Of a stretch of 64,000 nt of DNA, positions 1-13,630 are shown piece by piece. A program made the translations under genes and the position numbers. The DNA comes from the human T2T-CHM13v2.0 reference genome, Homo sapiens, in NCBI RefSeq assembly GCF_009914755.1, contig NC_060939.1. One strand, 5' to 3'. Below the pieces are notes generated by a model. That model had not been told where the DNA came from and ran no database searches. It saw only the letters and a list, made by a program, of their open reading frames with translations. Each line of letters starts with the position of its first letter. Positions within the stretch are counted from its first letter, which is position 1.

Positions 1-1878
1 TTATTGGCAAGCCTGCACATAACTGAATTGGGTCCATCTTATGGGTTTTGATCCAGCTGTTGTCTTCGGTAACTATGCAAACACTGTGAATGAAATGCAG
101 AGCCCAGCAATGCCTCCTTATGGAAAGCACAGGAAGCCTTGCTCTAGCCTCTCCTCTGACAGACAAAGAGAATCCACCTGCAAATTTCTCGCTGATAACG
201 GATATTTGGATATGGATAACAGGTATTTAAGCAGTGTACTTGCCAACAGAGTTATTTGGCAATAATAGTAAAACAGTGTATCTAGCTACTTAAATAAATA
301 AATTGAGCCTTTCAGGGTTATTAAAATTAAATTTAAACGGGAGAGAAAAAGCTGTACATGCTGACTGCATGTGGGTGGGTGTCCAAGTGTGCGCACGCTT
401 GCGTTTCTTCACGACTTTCCAAACACCAGTGCAGAACCTTGTACATACACAGCCAGAGCAGCCAGTGTGAACAATGTCCTATACGTGGGTTTAATTTGTT
501 TTGTAAATACAAGTGTAATTGGCATTTAAGGGGCCACTCTAAATTGCCATCGCCCCCTCTGTCTGAGCATGAGTAATCTAATTTTTCTGCAGAGCATGTT
601 GCAGTTTGATAGACAGGTCTCCGAGGACTGTCTTGTATGTCAGCATCGGTGAAAATGAGTTCTGAAGTACAGTCACACCCCCACGCGAGCGAGGAGTCCC
701 AATCACCCACGACTCATAGATCCATTTGCCCCATGTCTTGCTTCGGACAGATAATATATTCATTTGCTTCTGGCTAAAAAAAAAAAAAAATAGTGAGAAA
801 CCGCTGGTGCATACTGATGGCATCCTCAAGGAGCTGTAATTGGGAGAAGTGATACGCAGCTTCTGAACATGCCAGGGGACCTCAAGCTGCTATCGTCCTT
901 CTTTGCTCTGCAGCCAACTGGAAACAATGAACCCCCAAACTCTCAGGGGATCTAACTGTCCTCTCTTGTAGGGCTGGAAAATTAAAATCTATCTCTCGAC
1001 AAAAAGGGAATTTGTTTGCAAGTGCCACTAAGTATTTAAGCTGAACACTAAATATTATCTGATTAACATTACTCCCTGAGGAAAAGTGTTAGCTTTCTTG
1101 TCTACTTCCATTGTGTTTAAACAATGCGCGATGCATGTGTGTCCTTCTGTATTGAAATATTTAACATAAGAGTATAAAAAGCAAAATAAAATGATGAAAC
1201 TGCAATGTTTAAAGGGTAGGATGAGTTCACTCATGGAGAAGTTAGCCATGCGCAAGCCTGAGTTCCACTCATAGAGGGGCATGAGCCATGTACTCACAGG
1301 CCCTGGTCATTCCCTGGTGAGCAAGCTTGCTTATGGGAGACAGAGAATTTACCAGGAACTCAAGCATCTCCCTTCAAACAGTACTGATAAGCCCTTTACT
1401 ACTAACCCATATTTTGATATTTAATAATGTGGTATGTATGCTAAAAAGCTGAGGACTTTATTATACCAATGTGAATTGCGTTGGTTAAAATGTTTTCATT
1501 TGGATGCATCAATTCTGTTTTCTATTAGTTAGAACAGTTTATATTTTTGGACACCTTTATTGTATATACAAGAGCTATTTTTGTTCAACAATTTCAGCTT
1601 TTGGAAATATCTGGGAAAGGATTGCTTTGTGTGATAATGAAAGTGCACCTGCTCCATGTATATTGCAATGTCGGACCCATTTTCTTTACTCTCCCTACAG
1701 CGTGCACTGTACAGTAGTTGCCCAGTAAACTATGATTTGAAATGCAAAACGAAATCAAATTAGGTAGAGCACGTAAGATGACTCACTGCATGTACAATTT
1801 TAGGATGTCCCAGAATATGTATGAAACAATGTGATCAAATTACAATGTACTGATAACTGGCATTAAATTCATTAAAGA

Positions 1879-2188
<310 letters not shown>

Positions 2189-3065
2189 TGAGAGCTCATA
2201 GTCTGTGCTATGGCCTCAAATGCCAGACAACATATTTGCCACGTGTTGAGTGCTTTCCAAAAAAGGAGGGTCACCACAAGTCTTTGCTGGTTTTCCTGGG
2301 TGTTGGGTTTGTCTGCCCACCAAGTCTATGAGTCACCATTCTCCACATAGCATGTCTGATCTCAGTGGCTACTCCCCTCAAACACCTATTTGTTGCTTAC
2401 CCCGGCAACTGGTGGGCAAAGGGAAGAGGGCAGGCTGGAGAAACAATATGTACTTTAAAAACAGAGCCCTGTAAGGAGGGAGAGTGAGCAAGGCTCATGA
2501 GGATGCAAAAGAATCAGGGGCCTAGTTTCAGAAGAACCCTGCCACCATCTGTTACAACCTATCTGCTTTACCCCCAGGCAAGTAAGCCATCCTCCCCCTT
2601 ACTCTTCTTCCCCCTCCACAGCAGGCTGAAGAGGCCCAAGCCTAGAATCTGCAGCCAACAGCAACATCTCAAAGTACAGAACCATGTCTGTGACCTTATA
2701 GGAACTAAGTTGTGTGAGTGTGGTCCCTCTCAAGCAAGGGCCACTTACAGTGTATTTCCACATCTACATCTTGGTTTCTGATTTAATATCTCCCCCGTCA
2801 CCCTGTCTTCAACATCCCCACCAGCACCACACATACAACAACCAATAAAAATGTGCATTCGAGTGCACATATACTTGCACATATTATAAACTGCCTCTCT
2901 TAACAATTTCAAATTGTATAAGACCAATAACATTGTGTAAAAATGCCATCTTGTTTTATTAAAAGGGCCCCAAAGTAAAATTCCATGGCAGACATATGGT
3001 TTAGCATTAAGATAATAAAAATGCAGAAATCACTTTATGGTAAAACAAAATAAAAATTATGCATG

Positions 3066-3473
3066 TTTGTTATTGAGGTTAAATTTCTATAACATAAAAT
3101 TAACTGTTTTAAAGGATAATTCAGTGGCATTTAGGACACTCACAATGTTGTACAAATCTCCCTGGTTCCAAAATATTTCTACCGCTCCAGAGTAAAACCC
3201 CTCACCCATGAAACAGTCACTCCTTACTCACCTTGCCCTCCAGTCTCTGGAAACTACAAATCTACTTCCTGTCTCTCTGAATTTGCCTATTCTGCACATT
3301 TCATATAAATTGAATCCTGCAGTATGTGGTCTTTTCTGCCTGGCTTCTTTCACTGAGAATGATGTTTCTGAGGTTCGTCCACACTGAGGCATGTATCAGA
3401 ACTTCATTCTTTTTGATGACTGAGCAATATTTCATTGAATGGATGGATTGCATTTGTTTATCCATTCACCTGT
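3066..3473 (-). mobile_element. L1MB-type 3' end fragment
   Basis: Antisense L1 3' UTR motifs: TTCAGTGGCATTTAGGACACTCACAATGTTGTAC, TGGCTTCTTTCACTGAG, TTTATCCATTCA. Confidence 0.8.
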
Positions 3474-5180
3474 ACAAACCATGTATTCTTCAGGACCCAC
3501 AGCTTGACAAAGTGGATAAGAGAAGGAGCTCTGAAATTGCCCAGCTCTGGTTTGAATTTCAGTTCTACTGATGAGAAACCGCTAAACAACTGGGCCCCAA
3601 AATACAACGAAGCCGTGGGGTTGGTGCAAGGGCTAATGAGATGCCAAGACCCCCAATAGAGTGCTGGAGGTGGCATGCATTGTTATCTTTTAAGACTGCC
3701 TCAAACACAAAAATAAGATTTAAAAAAATCTTTTGGGGAAAGAATTTTCATGATAATTTTAACATGTCCTCTCTTCACTTTATTTAAAATTGACTTATTT
3801 TCATTCTATTCATTTGCATAGATATACCATACTGTGTGACCAGCCCAAGGTACATGACTCATTTTCAAGACTCTTGGAAATCAAATAGAATTAATTTTTC
3901 TGATCTTAAGAATTTTTAACAGCACCATCTTCAGACCGTAGCAAGAGGAGTCCCCCACTTGGGCCCCATAAAAATCACACAAAAAAACACATTTATTAAA
4001 GAGCATACAAGCTCCTCTGTCACTTGGGATTAGGCACAACACAGCCTGTCCCCTAAATGTCCCTGCTGGTGACTTCATCTCTGGAAGCCACACCTCTTGC
4101 CCTCAGTTTTCTTACAAAAGGCGATTGAACCCAACAGGCACGGGTTTGCAGGCTGTGAAGTGCCAGCATGAAGAATGCATGTGGCTTAGAAGTGAGGGGA
4201 GGGTTTGATTGGGAAAGTGAGAAAACAAATTAATTAACTTGTCAGTATTTTGTCTTAGATAAAATGAATGCAATAGACATATCATTTCCCTCTAGTGCCT
4301 AGCTCTCATTTGTAGCTTCTCCTTCTGTTCCAGTTGGTGATTCCAGAGGATCTTACAAATTAACAAGGTGTTCACAACAGTTGCCCATAGCACCAAGGAT
4401 AATTTTGCAACACTAAACAGATTTATGTCCAGCTAAAATCTGAATAGCTGGAGATGTAGATTAAGTGTAAATCAAGTCTGATGCTTTCCTTGATATTGAC
4501 AGAGAGGGACAGAGAGCCCTGGAATGGAAAGTTTTATTTTCATACGAACATTTTGTAAGATTTTATTAACCATTAACTTTTTCAAAAAGTAAGAAAATGT
4601 TTCAACCTTACTTATATAATTTTATTTTAAATGTTAATGGTAGAATTTGTATTTCTCTTTTATTTATAATAGAATTTTTAAGATATTTTAGGATGAACTT
4701 TTTAATGTTTTAGATGTATTCATTTTAGTTTTATTTTTAATGAGAATACAATTTTGTTCACTTTGAATATGATTATATTTTATTATTCAATTCTTTGGTT
4801 CCTCCTCGCAGCAAAACACAGTTTTAATTATGAAACAGAGAATTGTCCGAAATTATAGCAAGAAAAATAATATATAGAATAAACATATTAATTTACAAAT
4901 TATATGTTTTATGTTATTTACATCCTAATATTGTCATCTCATCATACTGAATATCTGAACATATGTAATGACAATTAGTGACTGAAGTCACCTTTAATAT
5001 TTTGTTAATTTTTATTCATTTTTAAGACATGATTTGTCATTATTAAGGTTTAGCTATAATATATTTAACAGATTTTACTTAAAAGTTTTTTAGCATGAGT
5101 TATAATTGTAGGTGGTTTTTCAAGTGTATCCTTATTCCAGTCTCCAAAAATGTTTTACATTTCAAAACATACAAAAATTT

Positions 5181-5337
5181 GTGTTTTGTTTTGTTTCATG
5201 TGTAGAGAAAGGTCTCACTACAAACAAAACAAAACCAGATAAATCTCAGGCTAGCCTCAAACTCCTGGGCTCAAGGAATCCTCCTACCTCAGCCTCCCAA
5301 GTAGCTAGGATTATAGGCAGGTGCCACCACACCCAGA
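5181..5337 (-). mobile_element. FLAM/Alu monomer carrying an internal fold-back insertion
   Basis: GGTCTCACTA...CAGGCTAGCCTCAAACTCCTGGGCTCAAG...CCTCAGCCTCCCAAGTAGCTAGGATTATAGGC; possible TSD ACATACAAAAATTT / ACATGCACAAAGTTT. Confidence 0.85.
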
Positions 5338-5599
5338 TGACATGCACAAAGTTTAAACTACAATTGAGGATAACATAAAATGGTGATATTTTAGAGACAC
5401 TCCTTTCATGTAATAAATTAAAATTAATAATCTCAATGACTTTAAAGATTCTTTCATTAAAATGAAAATATACATGACTGATTTTGAGCCCAGAATATCA
5501 CAGTGGGATATTAAATTCCCATGCCTAATAACTTTATATGTTATTTTTATTCCAAGTATGCAAAAAATAGAGAAAATAAACATTTGAATAATCCCCATC

Positions 5600-6295
5600 A
5601 ATCCAGCTACACCAAATCTGTTTTGCCATATTTGTTTTAGATATTTCTTTTCTTTACAGGTAAAACATTACAGAATCAGTTGTATTTTTCTGCATCCTTC
5701 AAATGTATCCAACACTTCTGGTTCCTCCGCAGAGCTCATTAATGTCTAGAATCTGGTATTTATCATTTCTATGCATGCTTTTACATGTATTCATACTTTT
5801 ACTCAGTACCCTACATTTGTAAACAACATACAGTATTATTTTGCATGTTTAAAATTTTCATATAAAGAATGAATAATCACAAGCTTTCACAAACAGCTTT
5901 TTTTCAACCAAGATTACATTTTTGAGACTTGTTAACAGTCACACAGGCCATACTCATTAATTTTAACTGGTGTATTCCACATCACTTTTTACTATACCAC
6001 AATGTATCATTTCTCCTTTTGATAGATACAACAGTTCTCACTATTGTAAACAATGCTGCTATAATCTTCATTAGACATTTCTCCTTTGGCAAATATGAGA
6101 GAATTTCTCTAGGCTGTGTATATCTAGAAGTATGATAGCTGGGTCCTGAGGAATGCTCATCTTCTTTACTAGCTGTTGCTAGTAAAGAAACCTACTGCTT
6201 TCCAAAGCCATATCAATGTATACTTCTCCTCATAGGTTACGTGGGCTCAACTGCTTCAAATCCTCACTAAAAACTTGTTATTTTTAAAGTTTAAA
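5600..6295 (-). mobile_element. Old L1 (L1ME-like) fragment
   Basis: CTATTGTAAACAATGCTGCTATAA, TATATCTAGAAGTATGATAGCTGGGTC and CTGCTTTCCAAAG match antisense L1 3' region; boundaries approximate. Confidence 0.6.
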
Positions 6296-6376
6296 GTTTC
6301 ACTTCCTACTTTGTTTCTGGCCCATAAGTATTTCCTTTACATTCTTTTGCACTAAACCAATAATTTAAATGGAAGT

Positions 6377-6421
6377 ATATTATATATATTATATATATAT
6401 ATATAATATATATGTATGTAT
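6377..6421. repeat. (TA)n microsatellite, interrupted
   Basis: Direct reading. Confidence 0.9.
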
Positions 6422-6496
6422 TTCATCCAGCATTTCTAGGTGCTTGCAGTAGGAGAATTTTTAGAAAAGCTGGTCAGTCATATTGCAGAAACCAAA

Positions 6497-6926
6497 TGTG
6501 TCAATCAAGGAAAAGTACGAAAACAGAGCTATATTGAAAGCAGGGAACTGGTTACTGAGGTGGTAGAAGAGCTGCAGAAAAAAAGGACAGAAGTCAGATC
6601 CTGAAGCAGCGAGAGAGGTCTGAGTGTTATCCAGATGAGGAAGCTGCCATTATCCCTGGCTGGACCCCTGAGCCTGAACTTTTTGGCCCTACTGAAGGTG
6701 CCATGCAGCTAATAATGGAGCATGAAGAGGCATGAGGGGGTGCCTCCCAGAAGTAATATGGCTGTTTTCTTTCTCCCACCTTCCAATCTCATCCCAGGGC
6801 CTTCTATAATAGAACATAATTAGAACCCAGCAGCCTACAGTCTAAGAAATAGAGCTAGCAGGCTTTTAGTCTCCTAAAGCACAGAAGAACTGGAATAGAT
6901 TTATATACAGACAACTGTTTGGCACA
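6497..6926 (-). mobile_element. ERVL-type solo LTR (LTR33-like)
   Basis: TG...CA termini (TGTGTCAATC...TTTGGCACA), near-TSD CCAAA/CCACA, internal CTCCCACCTTCCAATCTC resembling LTR33. Confidence 0.55.
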
Positions 6927-7459
6927 CCACATGACCTAATTATTCTCTCTGGAAGCTTTCAGAATCTCACATCTAGAATTCTAAAATGTCATAATGATGT
7001 GCCTTAATGTAGGTCCTGGTTCATCATTGTTATAGCTATTTAGTGGCCATTTTGATGTGGAAACTCGTGTCCTTTAATTAAAGAAAATAATAAATAAAAT
7101 TGCATGTATCAACACAGATAAATCTTATAAACATAAAAAGAAAAATGTAAATTTCAGAACATATTAATAATATATAATATAAATTCATTTATATTAAATT
7201 TGAATACGTGCAAATCAGTACTATATATTGTCTTGGGATGTATTTTATGTAATAAAAGTAAAAATGCATGGAAAGTTAAAACACTAATTATGATTGCTTT
7301 TGCCAATGAAATAGGGAAATAGGATTGGGAAGTGGTGTACGTGACATTTTAACCTGTGCTCTGTGTTATGCTCCATTTTTAAAGCTATGTGGTAGGCACA
7401 TGGATATTTTCATATTACCATGTATAACATTTTATATATCCAAAACACTTCATAGAAAA

Positions 7460-8600
7460 AAAGAAGATTGAAAAATCAAGTCAGATTTTAAAAATTAGGA
7501 ATCAGAATGGCATCAGACTTCTTAAAGTGAGCAATGGAAACTAGAATGCCATGGGGCAATATCTTCATATTGTCAGAAACTAACTTCCAACCTAAAAATC
7601 TGTACCCAGACAAACCATCAAGGAAGTGGTGGAGGAAAATACAGACATTTTTACTCAACTAAGGTCTCAAAATATTACCTACCATGCAACTTTTATTAGA
7701 AAGCTAAGTTTAATCAGAAAGGTGAGTTTCACCAAGAAAGGAAACAAAGAAAAAGGAAAAAATTAGATCCAAAAACAGGAGATTAAATATAGGAGAGACA
7801 TGAATGGACTTCACAGGATGACGGTGAAAGTGGATCTAGGATGACAGCTGGGAAGCAGTACTTTATTCATACAAGTAGACTGCCATAGTTTTTAAACTCC
7901 TCAAACTATGGCAGTGGGATGGCAGTCTACTTGTATAAATAAAGTTTTATTGGAACACAGCTATTTCCATTCATTTACATATTGTCTAGAGCTGATTTTT
8001 CACTACAATGTAAGAGATGAGTAGCAACAATGAAAACTTTATGACCCACAAGATTAAAATATTTACTATCTGGCCCTTTACAGAAAAAGCTTGCAGATCC
8101 CTGGCCTAGAGTGCGAACTGGCCAACGTGGAGCAGGAAAACGGAAGGCTTCAGGAAAGGTCTTCCAGTGGAAAGAAAATAAAACTAATAGATTCAATTTC
8201 TGGGTGTGTTTGATCTTATTGAGAGGAGCTTTACAACTTTGTTGCAAAATAAGGAATGAATTAATAGGTACATATAAAATTAAGCAAATGAAAAATAATG
8301 TAATTTTTAACTCACAAGAAAGTAAAAAGCTGCACAAGAGACTATTTGTAATTACAGAACTATAGGTAACTTGTCTGTGAACAGTATTTCATAGGCAGAG
8401 TAATATAAACACTTAATATTGATTTAGCAGTATTAGGAGGATAGAGGAGTTAACTGTAAGTTGGGGAGAGACAGAAAGTGAAAAATAACTATCTAAAAGA
8501 ACTACTCCTTCAGAGCAGAATATTAATAAGTGTTCTATAAAATTGAAAACTTAATATATAAAACTATTTTATTCAGAAATATGAAATTAAATAGAATAGG
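7460..8600 (+). mobile_element. HAL1 / old L1 ORF1-like remnant, interrupted by MER58A
   Basis: ATCAGAATGGCATCAGACTTCT...AACCTAAAAATCTGTACCCAGACAAACCATCA is ORF1-like; GATGACAGCTG resumes as GCCTAGAG after the MER58A. Confidence 0.6.
7902..8103 (+). mobile_element. MER58A (hAT-Charlie non-autonomous element), left end damaged
   Basis: TAAATAAAGTTTTATTGGAACACAGC...AAAATATTTACTATCTGGCCCTTTACAGAAAAAGCTTGCAGATCCCTG. Confidence 0.9.
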
Positions 8601-9129
8601 CATTTCTATTAGAAGATTTATAGACATATTTGTTTTTGTTAACTGGATATACTTGATTAATATAAAACATAATTTAGAGTAAAATGACAAGGCCGTAAGT
8701 ATTTCTTTATTAATTTGTCAAGGTCGGTTTAGAATGAACAGGCAAAGAACCATGGATCAGGATGCCTTCCCTTTCCATGTGCTCCTCCCTGTGAACTGCT
8801 TGCCTTCATCTATAAACAATGTACAAATAAAGGCCAAGCTAAAAGAAAGGAAGGTAAAGAAAGAGGACAAAAAATAGCAAGCGAGAGAGAGAACAGAGAG
8901 ATGGAGGAAATAAATTTTACTTAGAGAAATTGTCAAAAGTAGCTTTCCTGTAAATAAAATTCTGTAAATGTCCTATAAATGATTGTCTCCTCTCTTCATT
9001 CCCACTGTTTTTTTTTTCAAAAATGACTAAACTTTTCAGAAAACTGTAAGGAAAATCATTGTCCTCAAAACGTTGACAGTGTAGTTTTTAAGCAAGACAA
9101 AGGTAAGAAGTCATAAATAACAAGAAAAA

Positions 9130-9510
9130 TCATTCAAGTATTAATTTATTCAACAAATATTTACCTACCCTACACAGGCACTCTTCTATGAACTGAAAAT
9201 ACAAAAGTATAAAAGGCAGATGAAGTCCAGACTCCCAAAGAGCTTACCTTCTATAGGGAGAGGTAAACAGTAAGCAACAAACAAACACACATATCGAATG
9301 GTGATGAATGCTGTGCAGAGAATTAATATAGAGTGATGCCAGGCCTGACATTAGGGATCTCAAGGACAATGAGCCCTGCAAATATCAGGGGCAAATATTT
9401 TCAGGCAGAGAAGTAGTTTGTGCAAATATTCTTAGAAGTTATTAAGCCTTGTGGGTTCAAGGGATAGAAAAGAGAATGCTGGAGCCCAGTGATGAGTAAG
9501 GACATGAGGG
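9130..9510 (-). mobile_element. L2 3' fragment
   Basis: TTTATTCAACAAATATTTA is the antisense L2 tail, followed by typical L2 body (GAGCTTACCTTCTA, CAGGCAGAGAAGTAG). Confidence 0.7.
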
Positions 9511-11973
9511 GTAGATGGTTCACCAATATTCTCCACGGGGTTGGCTAAGCACATAAGTATCACCTAAAGACGGTGTAACCAAAGGAGCCCAAGATGCACA
9601 CCTCTGGCCAAATAGGATACTAAGGCGAGGGGGCCTTCTGCCTGCAAAGAACCCTTGTATTTTCTGCAGCCATCTGCATCACCAATGCCTTCCTCATGGT
9701 TGCAAAGCAATGGTAATCAGGACCCAGGACAACAAGACCCTGGTAGCAAACTGACTAGATTCTGCACTTATCTCTAGGTAAAGGATCAGGAATAGGACTG
9801 GTCCCTATAGACTGAGCAGGCTCCCTGGATTCTCAGATAAATGGAGGCAGAAGGCTTTATCCCTGGAGAGGCTCAAGTTCCTGCTCATCTGCACTTGGTG
9901 ATTCATAAGGAGCTAATCTGAAAACTTAGCAACACAGTAAGCTCTTACACTCCAAGCAGTTGAAGTTGGTCATGGCATTACATATGCGGAAGGATAAACT
10001 GAGAATTATCCTACACCCACATAACCCAAGTGTGTGGACTTTTTGTGGTAATTCATTCATTCTGGATAGGTAAGAGATATTTTCCACAACACGAAGGTCT
10101 CTTGAAGCATAAGTAAACTGAGAAGAAGTCAAATGCTTAGAAACTGCTTTCCAAAAAGTTGTTTTATAACAAGTTGATGCAAAATTCTAGTAATCAAGTC
10201 ACATTATTCCTTGTAAGGGACCAGACTCTGTTTGCCTAGGAAGAAAATAAATCTGACAGTGGCAAGCAAGATCTTAGGTAGGTCAGCTACAGACCTCTTT
10301 CATAAATAAATAGAACTGGCATCAGAGCACCACCATTTTCTTAAACCTACTCCTTCCCTATTGGGTACCCCAAAAGTGCGTGTAAAGAAAGGTCTTTATT
10401 AGCCTGAGGCTAAATTCTCAACTGCCAGGGAATTTAAGCATATTAAGGGGCCAAGGATTTAGGATTCCTTCCTCTTAGGAGAAGCAGAAGAGGTATCTGA
10501 CAGAGGGAAGTAGACACACTAGGCAATGGGCTATAGGGTGGCTCTGAGGGAAAGAGTGGAGAGATTGAGGAAACAGATGTCAGATAAGAGGGAACAGATA
10601 GATACATAGATGATTATGCATATAGATATTTAGACACAAATGAAAATGTAGATGAAGACAGACATAGATATATGGCACCCCAAAAGCCCAAGAATATGAG
10701 ACCTTCTCTTCTACTGGGTGTGGTACATGGAAATATGTTATTTTCATAAAGTCAAAACTTGTCCCTGCTTTGACACGTTTATCAGACCCTGCTTTTGGCT
10801 TTGTTCATCTCTAGCAAGGGCTCAGCCTGGAGAAGCTTTCAGGAAGTGGGCGATACTTTCTCTTGGATCCCCTATTGGGTCCAGCCCCTTGTTAGTAATT
10901 AGATGGAGAGAAAAGGGACCAGCAGATGATGCCAAGTTGTGAAAACTTAAAGCCTGTTTCCTCATGAATTCATCCCCCCTCATACACAATTCCACTGTGG
11001 GCCTAAGAAGCGCCCCTTGTGGCACAGACAGGAGCAGCCATGCTACAAATCCAAGAGACGCACACTATGCTCCATACTCTTAGAACAAACCAATCAGGAG
11101 GCAGTTACTGACACTGAAACACTCCGCTTGATCACTTCCTACAGTCCACCATAGCCTGTTGCTAAAAGTGCAGACCTCTCCGTGTATTTAAAATGATTTC
11201 GTTTACTAAAATGTATTAAACAGGTTTTCAATAACCCACATTTAACTTAGGGTAAGGTCAAATGGTATGCTTTCTGTGATTCGGTATTCCTGGATCTAAC
11301 ACTGAGTGATTAGTGACCCCAATATTCTTCATATGGGTATTGTTGGTGCAAATCAATATCTAGAAGAAATTACGTTTTAAGAAAAGAAACTAAATATTGG
11401 GCTAATGCCACAGACCTAAAAGAATTCAGGGCAGAAATATGGACGATCTCTACCTTTTTGTCTGCTTCATTTCAATTTGATTTTCATGAGAATTCTGTTT
11501 CGAAGGAATCCTGAGTGTACTTGTTGTAGATCAATACTTCAAAAAAAGTTGAATGAGGAGAGCCATGCAAAGAGGTGGTGATATATGGAGGTGACTTGAG
11601 CAGGAATAGAGAAGTCTTCATGAAGAAATGCTCACAGTGTCTTGATTTTTATTTTCTATGTTTGTGAAAAATGCAACTCTTACATTGTCTCAGAGCAACA
11701 CAAGCAATAATAGGAACTATGTGTCACAACATATTTAGTTGTTTTTATATGCATTTCACCATATGATTGCAATTGTAATGATTGTAAGTTTCTTCTCCTC
11801 TCTGAAATGTGGGAATTTCACATGGGCATATTGCTGGGGCACGTGCCTACCTCCCCACTCCAGTGCATGTTTAAAATTTACAGGTGAGAAAAGAAGTAAG
11901 GATTTATAAATCTCATATAAGACTAAAGAAATTTTATCTGTTGAATAGAACTTTACGGGCCTGATTTTTTTAA

Positions 11974-12566
11974 ATTTCATTTTACTTTAAGTTCCGGGAT
12001 ACATGTACAGAACGTGCAGGTTCGTTACATAAGTAAACGTGTATCATGGCAATTTGCTGCACCTATCAACCCGTCACCTAGGTGTTAAGCCCAGCATGCA
12101 TTAGCTATTTGTCCTGATGCTCTCCCTCCCCGCATCCCCGCTACAGGCCCCAGTTTGTGTTGTTCCCCTCCCTGTGTCTGTGTGTTCTCATTGTTCAGCT
12201 CCCACTTTTGAGTGAGAACATGCAGTGTTTGGTTTTCTGTTCCTGTGTTAGTTTGTTGAGGATGATGGCTTCCAGCTTCATCCATGTGCCTGCAAAAGAC
12301 GTTATCTTATTCCTTTTTATGACTGCATAGTATTCCATGGTGTATATGTGCCAGATTTTCTTTATCCAAATGCCCGTCTATCATTGATGGACATTTGGGT
12401 TGGTTCCACGTCTTTGCTATTGTGAACAGTGCTGCAATGAACATATATGTGAATGTATCTTTATAATAGAGTCCTTAATGATTTAGAACCAGAAATACCA
12501 TTTGACCCAGTAATCCCATTACTGGGTATATACCCAAAGGAATATAAATCATTCTATTACAAAGAT
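11974..12566 (-). mobile_element. L1PA (older primate L1), 5'-truncated with 5' inversion
   Basis: Antisense 3' UTR from TTTTACTTTAAGTTCCGGGATACATGT to ~12470, then a sense-oriented piece ~12480-12566; TSD GCCTGATTTTTTT(T)AA at 11959 and 12567. Confidence 0.92.
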
Positions 12567-12790
12567 GCCTGATTTTTTTTAATGCCTGAGTTTTCCCTTA
12601 AGAGCTAGGACTCTTGCATGGATCATCTCACTGGATTCTATAAGTTTTCTCTGAGATTTTAGCACCGTACATACTTTTCTGTAAAATGAGCCATCTGAAA
12701 AAAGAGATGATTAAAGCCAGTAGGAAAGTAGATTTAGCAAAATGGGAAAGTGATGCATCGAGCTTGTAATTCAGGTAGGAATTTAAGACA

Positions 12791-12856
12791 CTGTTCATAT
12801 TAGGATGCTGTTCATATTAGAATGCTAATTATATTTAGGATGCTATTCATTTTAGG
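12791..12856. repeat. ~17-bp tandem repeat, about 4 degenerate copies (TGCTGTTCATATTAGGA)
   Basis: Direct reading. Confidence 0.75.
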
Positions 12857-13630
12857 TTAATTTGGATGACAACCTAACATTAATTGAGAAAGAGGAGAAC
12901 ATTGTGGGAAACTTCCTGTGATTCCCTGGGTAGTGGCTCACTAATGAAAGGAAATGAGGATTATGTTACTACAAGGAAAGTTCCAAACATCATGTCAACC
13001 CTGATATTAATTCACATTTTAAAAGCCAGTTTGGATTTTCTTTTATTTCACACAGTTGATTCTATTCTCATTTTTCACACATAGAAAAATATTATTTGCA
13101 TAAAAGAACAAGTGTTTTCAAATCAGGTCACAGCCAGTGAAGAAAGTTGTAAATTCTAAATGCATGATCTGAAAAATTAGGAAGGCCTGTGCAGAAGGAA
13201 GCACATGCCAGGTAAGCCATGTACCTGTGCTTTGTACACCCCTAGAGGCTGCACTCTTCAGATTTCAATACATTGCCAATAAGTAATAAATTGAATGGAT
13301 ATACAAAATCATTTGTTCTCTGTATTATCAAAAATTTCTGTAACCAGCTGAAGTTTTCTTTGAGAGTTGGTTACCAATGGGTAAAACAAGCCATATCCCT
13401 CCTCCCCTAACATCCAAAACTAACAGGGAAGTATATCAGCAGTTTTCTGGCATCCAAGAGACATTTGGTGGATCCATCTGACAATATAAACAGTTTGATT
13501 TTTCACATAACCAGAAATTACTAGAAGAAATGCTGTCTGTGAGAAGAGGACTTTGGGCACCATGCATGAAATACCCTATGTCCTAGGGCCCACATTCAGT
13601 AGTCTCCTCAAAATTCTCATCAAACAATTC

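Noticed and set aside
4540-5170. Very AT-rich tract as a matrix-attachment region or pseudogene UTR
   Set aside because: No diagnostic feature; probably decayed old repeat or low complexity and cannot be assigned by eye.
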